Source of the DNA: Candidatus Methylomirabilis sp.
GTDB lineage: Bacteria; Methylomirabilota; Methylomirabilia; Methylomirabilales; Methylomirabilaceae
DNA: 12,038 bases
Assembly (NCBI GenBank): GCA_041498975.1
Contig: JBGQJI010000073.1
Location: 1 to 12,038 of the forward strand
Direction of reading: 5' to 3'
Made by a program: the position numbers and the translations under genes. The notes beneath the pieces were generated by a model. The model was not told where the DNA came from. It did not search any database and was given only the letters and a program-made list of their open reading frames with translations. This document shows, piece by piece, positions 7,456-12,038 of this stretch. Every line of letters starts with the position of its first letter. The first letter of the stretch is position 1.

Positions 7456-7484
7456 AGGATAACGGAGGAGGCGGAGGGTGTCCA
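7456..7484 (-). promoter_or_regulatory. Putative sigma70 promoter
   Basis: TGGACA (7484-7479), 17 nt, TATCCT (7461-7456). Same hexamers as the selC promoter. Confidence 0.55.
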
Positions 7485-7503
7485 ACGCTTTCCAAGGGCC
7501 GGA

Positions 7504-8022
7504 TCAGCGAGCGGCCTCCACAATCGTGACCTTCTTCATGATATCGCCTCGTTTGATCTTTATGACGACGTCCATCCCATCCGCCACCTGCCCGAACACC
7601 GTGTACTGGCCGTCCAGTCCGGGCTGCGGGGCCAGACAGATGTAGAACTGGCTTCCCGCGCTGTTGGGCGCGGGCGTCCGCGCCATGGCAACCGTCCCGA
7701 CCAGATGTTTCCGCGAATTGAACTCATCCTTGATGGTGTAGCCAGGCCCGCCGGTCCCATCACCTTTGGGATCGCCGCCCTGGACGACGAAGCCGGGAAC
7801 AACCCGGTGGAACTTCAACCCGTCGTAGAAGCCCTTCTTGGCCAGCTTCACGAAGTTGGCCACCGTCTCGGGCGCGTCTTTTGGATAGAAATCGATCACG
7901 ATCTTCCCTTGCTCCATCTCGATGACGGCCCTTGGACTCTTCGTCTCCGCCGCCTCGGTCCTCCTCCCCAGCAGGGTCAATACTGTGAGCCCGACACACA
8001 GCATCCCGATCGCTCTTCGCAT
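7504..8022 (-). CDS. Cyclophilin-type peptidyl-prolyl cis-trans isomerase with signal peptide
   Basis: Motifs APETVANF, FYDGLKFHRVVPGFVVQGGDP, AMAR, SAGSQFYI and LDGQYTVFGQV. GAGGAGG SD. Confidence 0.96.
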   Translation of the reverse strand: MRRAIGMLCVGLTVLTLLGRRTEAAETKSPRAVIEMEQGKIVIDFYPKDAPETVANFVKLAKKGFYDGLKFHRVVPGFVVQGGDPKGDGTGGPGYTIKDEFNSRKHLVGTVAMARTPAPNSAGSQFYICLAPQPGLDGQYTVFGQVADGMDVVIKIKRGDIMKKVTIVEAAR

Positions 8023-8058
8023 CGCATGCCTCCTCGATAATTGAACCGCCAGCGGCCA

Positions 8059-8143
8059 TCAATACCACCGGCGCCTTCCTATGTCAATCATTTCGCAGTC
8101 AAGAACCCTTTCGGTTGCGGAAGAGTCCGACCTCAAGTAGAAT
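8059..8143. promoter_or_regulatory. Divergent sigma70-like promoters (cyclophilin and peptidase)
   Basis: Plus strand: TTGCGG (8115-8120), 17 nt, TAGAAT (8138-8143). Minus strand: TTGACA (8087-8082), 17 nt, TATTGA (weaker -10). Confidence 0.5.
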
Positions 8144-8181
8144 CAGGGGCCGCTTGCCCCAGCGGCTAATCAGGAGAGCGC

Positions 8182-9159
8182 ATGAGCGGTCAGATCACGG
8201 ACATCGAGGGGATCAGAGTCGGGCATTGTAGCGACCTTGAGGCCATCACCGGGTGCACCGTCATCCTGTGCGAGGAGGGTGCCATAGGGGGAGTGGACAT
8301 CCGGGGATCGGCGTCAGGGACCAGGGAGCTGGACGCCCTGAATCCGCTGCACCTCGTTGACCGCGTTCACGGCCTGGTTCTGGCCGGCGGGTCGGCCTTT
8401 GGCCTCGGCGCCGCGGATGGCGTCATGGCGTACCTGGAAGAACGGAGTGTCGGCTTCGATGTCGGCATCGCTCGGGTGCCGATCGTCCCGGCCGCAATCC
8501 TGTTCGACCTCAGGATTGGTGACTCTCGGGTCCGGCCCGATCGAGACATGGGGTATCGAGCCTGCCAGGCGGCTGCCCCTGGGCTGATCGCGGAGGGAAG
8601 CGTCGGAGCGGGAACCGGCGCGACGGTGGGCAAGCTCATGGGGATCGAGCGTGCGATGAAAGGGGGCCTCGGGACAAGCAGCCTGCCGCTCCCGGGGGGG
8701 CTCACGGTCGGCGCGCTCGTGGTGGTGAACGCCTTCGGCGATGTGCTCGACGCGGAAACGGGCCAGATCCTGGCAGGCCTCAGGGATAGCCCGAACGGGA
8801 CACGGTTGCTGGACAGCGCGGCCCAGATGCGCGCCGGGATCCGTCCCAGGGGCTATGGTCGGGAATCGACCACCCTGGTGGCAGTCGCCACCAACGCGCG
8901 GCTGACCAAGGTGGAGGCCAGCAAGCTCGCCCAGCAAGCCCAGATTGGACTGGCCCGGACCATCCGCCCGGTCCACACGACGCTGGACGGCGACGCGATC
9001 TTCACATTGGCAACCGGTCATGTGGCAGGCGATCTGAACGCCCTGGGGCTCGCCGCTGCAGATGCCGTGGCGGCGGCCACGGTCCGTGCGATAAAAAAGG
9101 CCAGGGGGCTCGGTGGCCTCCCGGCCTACGAGGACCTACAGACCAAACAAAGGGGCTGA
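8182..9159 (+). CDS. P1/S58 family peptidase (DmpA-like L-aminopeptidase/D-esterase)
   Basis: Motifs ITDIEGIRVGH, TGCTVI, GTRE, LAGGSAFGL, VPIVPAAILFDL, GSVGAGTGA, VNAFGD, TTLVAVATNA and HTTLDGD. AGGAG SD. Confidence 0.95.
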   Translation: MSGQITDIEGIRVGHCSDLEAITGCTVILCEEGAIGGVDIRGSASGTRELDALNPLHLVDRVHGLVLAGGSAFGLGAADGVMAYLEERSVGFDVGIARVPIVPAAILFDLRIGDSRVRPDRDMGYRACQAAAPGLIAEGSVGAGTGATVGKLMGIERAMKGGLGTSSLPLPGGLTVGALVVVNAFGDVLDAETGQILAGLRDSPNGTRLLDSAAQMRAGIRPRGYGRESTTLVAVATNARLTKVEASKLAQQAQIGLARTIRPVHTTLDGDAIFTLATGHVAGDLNALGLAAADAVAAATVRAIKKARGLGGLPAYEDLQTKQRG

Positions 9160-9165
9160 CTCGCG

Positions 9166-9372
9166 TCAGTTTTTTGACCCGTCGGGCTTCTTTTCCTTCT
9201 CCTCCGGCTTTTTGGGCGTCACGTCGATCGCATCCTTCCCCGTCACCGACTCCTTGAAGCCTCGGATCGCCTTGCCCAACCCGCTTCCGATCTCCGGCAG
9301 CCGGTTTGCTCCGAAGATGACCAGCACGATGATCAGAATCACCACTAGTTCGCTAATCCCCAGCCCGAACAT
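9166..9372 (-). CDS. tatA: Twin-arginine translocase subunit TatA/E
   Basis: [40 protein letters not shown] matches the TatA pattern. GGAGG SD. Confidence 0.96.
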   Translation of the reverse strand: MFGLGISELVVILIIVLVIFGANRLPEIGSGLGKAIRGFKESVTGKDAIDVTPKKPEEKEKKPDGSKN

Positions 9373-9396
9373 GCGCCTTCCTCCCTGGGAGGCCCC

Positions 9397-11310
9397 TCAC
9401 GCGTACGGAACCCGCTCGTCTCCCTGCCGACGGGTCAGCTTCACACTATCGAAATGCTCCAAGAACGGGATGGCAAACTTCCGACTCACGCCCAGGAGGT
9501 CTTTGAATCCCGGGACCGTGATCGTGGCGTGGCGCTTGAAGTGGTCGAGGAGCATCCCCTGCGCACGCTCATAATGCTCGCGGTGAAGATACAGGTTATC
9601 TTTGACCTTGATCACCGTTCCCTCATCGACAAGGCGATGAAAGAGCGTAACTCCAACCTTGCCACTGGCACCCGCCTGTGCAAGCGCCACCTCCAAATCC
9701 GGCGGCTGAAAGCCCGCCGTCCGGTAGATCGTTTCCAGCCGCACCTTTGCGATCTGCTCGTCGGCGGAGAGGGTGGCTTGATGCAGGAAATGCCGAACCT
9801 TCTCCCGGTCGATGGCGACGCGCTTCGTTTCCACCAGGCCTTGCAACAGGTGGGCGAAAAGGGCCGCCCCGACCTGAGGAAGCTTGCTCCGAAGCTCCTC
9901 CTTCGGCAGCCCATCCTTGAGGGGCTCTTTCCGGTGGAACTCCTCAAGGCGTGAAACGATCTCCGCCGCAAGGCGATCGTAGCTGGTCCGGTGGACGTAC
10001 CCGAGCTCGCCCTTCGCTCCCAACGGAACGGCCGTGCCGGCCTCGATGAGGCGCGTGAGCTCGCCCTTGAGCGTGGTCTCATCGAGGCTGGCCGATGCCC
10101 TGAGCGCGTCCAGAGAGACCGGCGCGGGACCGGCTTGCAGCAGCAGCCGCTCTAGCTGCTGTCCCGATGTGCCGGTCTGCAGGACCTTGAGATGTTCCAG
10201 CAATAGCGCCTTTGACCGCCGCCGGACAGGCGGGGTCGGGTCGAGGATGCTCCCGCCCCCGATCGTCAGGGCAGGCGAATAGCTTCGGATGACGTACCGG
10301 TCTCCGGCCAGGGCAGTCGCCGGAGCCTCGAGCCGCAGGTGCGCCAAGGATTCCTCGCCGGGGTTGAGCTCTTCCCGATCGAGCAGCACGACCCGGGCCA
10401 GCACCTCGCTTGTCCCCAGGTGGAACCGGACCCTTGCCCGGTTCCGCAAGGCACGAGGGGCGTCTTTCAGGAGCTCCAGCGAGACATCGAAGGCCGTGGC
10501 GGACTTGAGCGTGTCAGGGAGCGCCAGGAGATCGCCTCGATCGAGCCGATCCACCTCCAGCCCAGGCAGGTTGACTGCGGTCCGCTGTCCTGCCCAGGCC
10601 TGCTCCACCGTCCGGCCGTGGACCTGAAGGCGGCGGACGCGTGAATGCAGCTCCCGAGGCAGGACGATCACATCGTCCCCGACCTTCACCGTCCCGGACC
10701 AGAGGGTGCCGGTGACCACCGTGCCGAAGCCCTTCATGGTAAACACCCGATCGATCGGGAGCCGGAAGATCCCATCGTGGCGCTTCGGTTCGACCGCCTC
10801 GGCCACCACCCGGAGGGCCGCCCGCAATTCCTGCAGCCCCTGCCCGGTGACGGGGGAGACCGGGATCACCGGCGCCCCCTCGAGAAACGTCCCGGCCAGG
10901 AACCCTTCCAAATCGGCGCGCACCATCTCCAGCCAATCGGGCTCGACGAGATCGACCTTCGTCAGCGCGACCACGCCCCGCTTGACCTGAAGCAACTCGC
11001 AGATATGGAGGTGCTCCCGCGTCTGCGGCATCACCCCCTCGTCGGCGCCGATGACGAGCACGACCAGGTCGATCCCTCCGACGCCCGCCAGCATGGTCTT
11101 GACGAACCGTTCATGCCCGGGGACATCGACGATCCCGAGGTGGAGGTCGTCGGAAAGGGCCAGATTGGCGAAGCCCAACTCGATGGAGATCCCCCGCTCC
11201 TTCTCCTCCTTCAGCCGGTCGGTGTCGATGCCGGTGAGCGCCTTGACGAGCGAGGTCTTTCCATGATCGATGTGGCCGGCGGTCCCAACGATGATATACT
11301 TCATCGCCAT
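9397..11310 (-). CDS. selB: Selenocysteine-specific translation elongation factor SelB (~637 aa)
   Basis: Motifs [37 protein letters not shown] and TKVD, plus the C-terminal winged helix [13 protein letters not shown]...TRRQGDER. True start is ATG 11310 or 11304, not the track's 11565. Confidence 0.98.
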   Translation of the reverse strand: MAMKYIIVGTAGHIDHGKTSLVKALTGIDTDRLKEEKERGISIELGFANLALSDDLHLGIVDVPGHERFVKTMLAGVGGIDLVVLVIGADEGVMPQTREHLHICELLQVKRGVVALTKVDLVEPDWLEMVRADLEGFLAGTFLEGAPVIPVSPVTGQGLQELRAALRVVAEAVEPKRHDGIFRLPIDRVFTMKGFGTVVTGTLWSGTVKVGDDVIVLPRELHSRVRRLQVHGRTVEQAWAGQRTAVNLPGLEVDRLDRGDLLALPDTLKSATAFDVSLELLKDAPRALRNRARVRFHLGTSEVLARVVLLDREELNPGEESLAHLRLEAPATALAGDRYVIRSYSPALTIGGGSILDPTPPVRRRSKALLLEHLKVLQTGTSGQQLERLLLQAGPAPVSLDALRASASLDETTLKGELTRLIEAGTAVPLGAKGELGYVHRTSYDRLAAEIVSRLEEFHRKEPLKDGLPKEELRSKLPQVGAALFAHLLQGLVETKRVAIDREKVRHFLHQATLSADEQIAKVRLETIYRTAGFQPPDLEVALAQAGASGKVGVTLFHRLVDEGTVIKVKDNLYLHREHYERAQGMLLDHFKRHATITVPGFKDLLGVSRKFAIPFLEHFDSVKLTRRQGDERVPYA

Positions 11311-11316
11311 AGAGGG

Positions 11317-11345
11317 ATCGTAGCATAGGGGCCGAATGGCGGCAA
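11317..11345 (-). promoter_or_regulatory. Putative selB promoter giving a leaderless mRNA
   Basis: TTGCCG (11345-11340), 17 nt, TACGAT (11322-11317) with an extended TG, then 6 nt to the ATG. No SD present. Confidence 0.6.
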
Positions 11346-11447
11346 GGTTGAAGTCCCTTGGGGATTTGTCAACAAACGTGCGAGAGTTAGAACGCGTTAA
11401 TACGCTGGCGTCGCCACGGAGGGGACTGAAAAGGGGACTGGAAAAGC

Positions 11448-11476
11448 TTGACAGGGTGGGAGGGAGGTGACATGCT
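11448..11476 (+). promoter_or_regulatory. Putative sigma70 promoter divergent from selB
   Basis: TTGACA (11448-11453), 17 nt, CATGCT (11471-11476) with an extended TG. Confidence 0.55.
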
Positions 11477-11482
11477 GCCCCC

Positions 11483-11614
11483 GCATAGGTGATCGTGATG
11501 GGTCCGGGGTGAACACAGCACTTCTGCCACCCGCTGCAGTCTGCTTGGCGCATTATTTCATTCATAGCAACGCCCTCTTAGGTTGAACTCGTCCTAGAGG
11601 GCGTTGATTTTTTT
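11483..11614 (+). ncRNA. Candidate ~130-nt small RNA or attenuated leader
   Basis: Bounded by a predicted promoter and a strong intrinsic terminator. Internal GGGUG...CACCC hairpin. No convincing ORF. Confidence 0.45.
11568..11614 (+). terminator. Rho-independent terminator
   Basis: CAACGCCCTCTTAGG (11568-11582) / CCTAGAGGGCGTTG (11593-11606): 14-bp stem with one bulge, followed by A and T7. Confidence 0.8.
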
Positions 11615-11632
11615 AGGGGCAGGCGGTAGAGT
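11604..11632 (+). promoter_or_regulatory. Putative promoter for the cyclase gene, overlapping the terminator
   Basis: TTGATT (11604-11609), 17 nt, TAGAGT (11627-11632). Confidence 0.5.
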
Positions 11633-11650
11633 ACCCGCTAGAGGAGACGA

Positions 11651-12038
11651 ATGACTGATCGTCCACGCGGTACCGTCACTTTTCTTTTTACCGATATTGA
11701 GGGTAGCACCAAGCTTTGGGAAAGACATCCCGAGGCGATGAAGGTCGCTCTCGCGCGCCATGACGCGCTCCTACGCCACGCAATCGAATCTCATCGCGGC
11801 TTTGTGTTCAGAACTGTCGGCGATGCATTCTACGCCGCGTTTCCGACTGCGCCCGAAGCGCTGGCCGCCGCGCTGACGGCGCAACGCGCATTGCGCGCGG
11901 AAGAGTGGGGCGAGACGCATATCAAAGCGCGTATGGCCCTCCACACCGGCAGCGTCGAAGAACCTGACGGCGATTACTTCGGTCGTCCACTCAACCGCGT
12001 GGCGCGATTACTGGCAGCGGGATATGGTGAACAGACTC
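11651..12038 (+). CDS. Class III adenylate/guanylate cyclase-domain protein (partial, runs off the window)
   Basis: GAGGAG SD. Reads MTDRPRGTVTFLFTDIEGSTKLWE...TVGDAFYAAF...RMALHTG...DYFGRPLNRVARLLAAG. Absent from the ORF track, with no stop inside the window. Confidence 0.93.
   Translation, partial: MTDRPRGTVTFLFTDIEGSTKLWERHPEAMKVALARHDALLRHAIESHRGFVFRTVGDAFYAAFPTAPEALAAALTAQRALRAEEWGETHIKARMALHTGSVEEPDGDYFGRPLNRVARLLAAGYGEQT

Noticed and set aside
7425..7480. tmRNA-like start (GGGGGCGA) and a tRNA-3'-like GGCGGAGGGTG as a possible att copy
   Set aside because: No T-arm or CCA end follows, and the match to the selC 3' end is too short.
5033..11328. Long antisense or alternate-frame ORFs (e.g. 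5555-6202, 7420-8040, 8314-9021, 10645-11328)
   Set aside because: These are shadow ORFs of well-supported GC-rich genes, with no motifs of their own.
11311..11565. 85-aa N-terminal extension of SelB in the ORF track
   Set aside because: SelB similarity starts at [11 protein letters not shown]. The extension is not protein-like and overlaps promoter elements.
11472..11567. Mini-ORF MLPPHR-TGA-S-TGA-WVRGEH...FHS-TAG behind GGAGG, ending at the terminator, as a possible Sec-sensing leader peptide
   Set aside because: Its SD and ATG overlap the spacer and -10 of the predicted promoter, so they would not be transcribed from it. The downstream hairpin loop (CACUU) lacks the SECIS G. It would be worth revisiting only if a TSS maps further upstream.
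1..12038. CRISPR array, rRNA, integrase or transposase
   Set aside because: I saw no regularly spaced repeats, rRNA signatures or recombinase motifs.

Overview
GC-rich bacterial chromosome segment centred on selenocysteine (Sec) decoding. It contains tRNA-Sec (selC, 2759-2853, minus strand), selB (9397-11310, minus) and an ArsC/Spx-like selenoprotein (4687-5034, minus) with an in-frame TGA in a UxxC motif and a SECIS-like hairpin; the ORF track truncates this gene. Left of the selC 3' end is an apparent genomic island: hypothetical exported proteins, a thermonuclease, a TAG-interrupted ORF and arm-site-like repeats. The core region holds a nested REP-like palindrome, a Tat-type cupin, an excisionase-like HTH protein, an MBL hydrolase, a TIGR01777-type oxidoreductase, a cyclophilin, a DmpA/S58 peptidase, tatA and the start of a class III nucleotide cyclase. 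Two unannotated RNA candidates stand out: a multi-hairpin RNA at about 7260-7450 whose promoter resembles that of selC, and a promoter- and terminator-bounded ~130-nt unit divergent from an apparently leaderless selB. All calls come from reading the sequence by eye; no searches were run.
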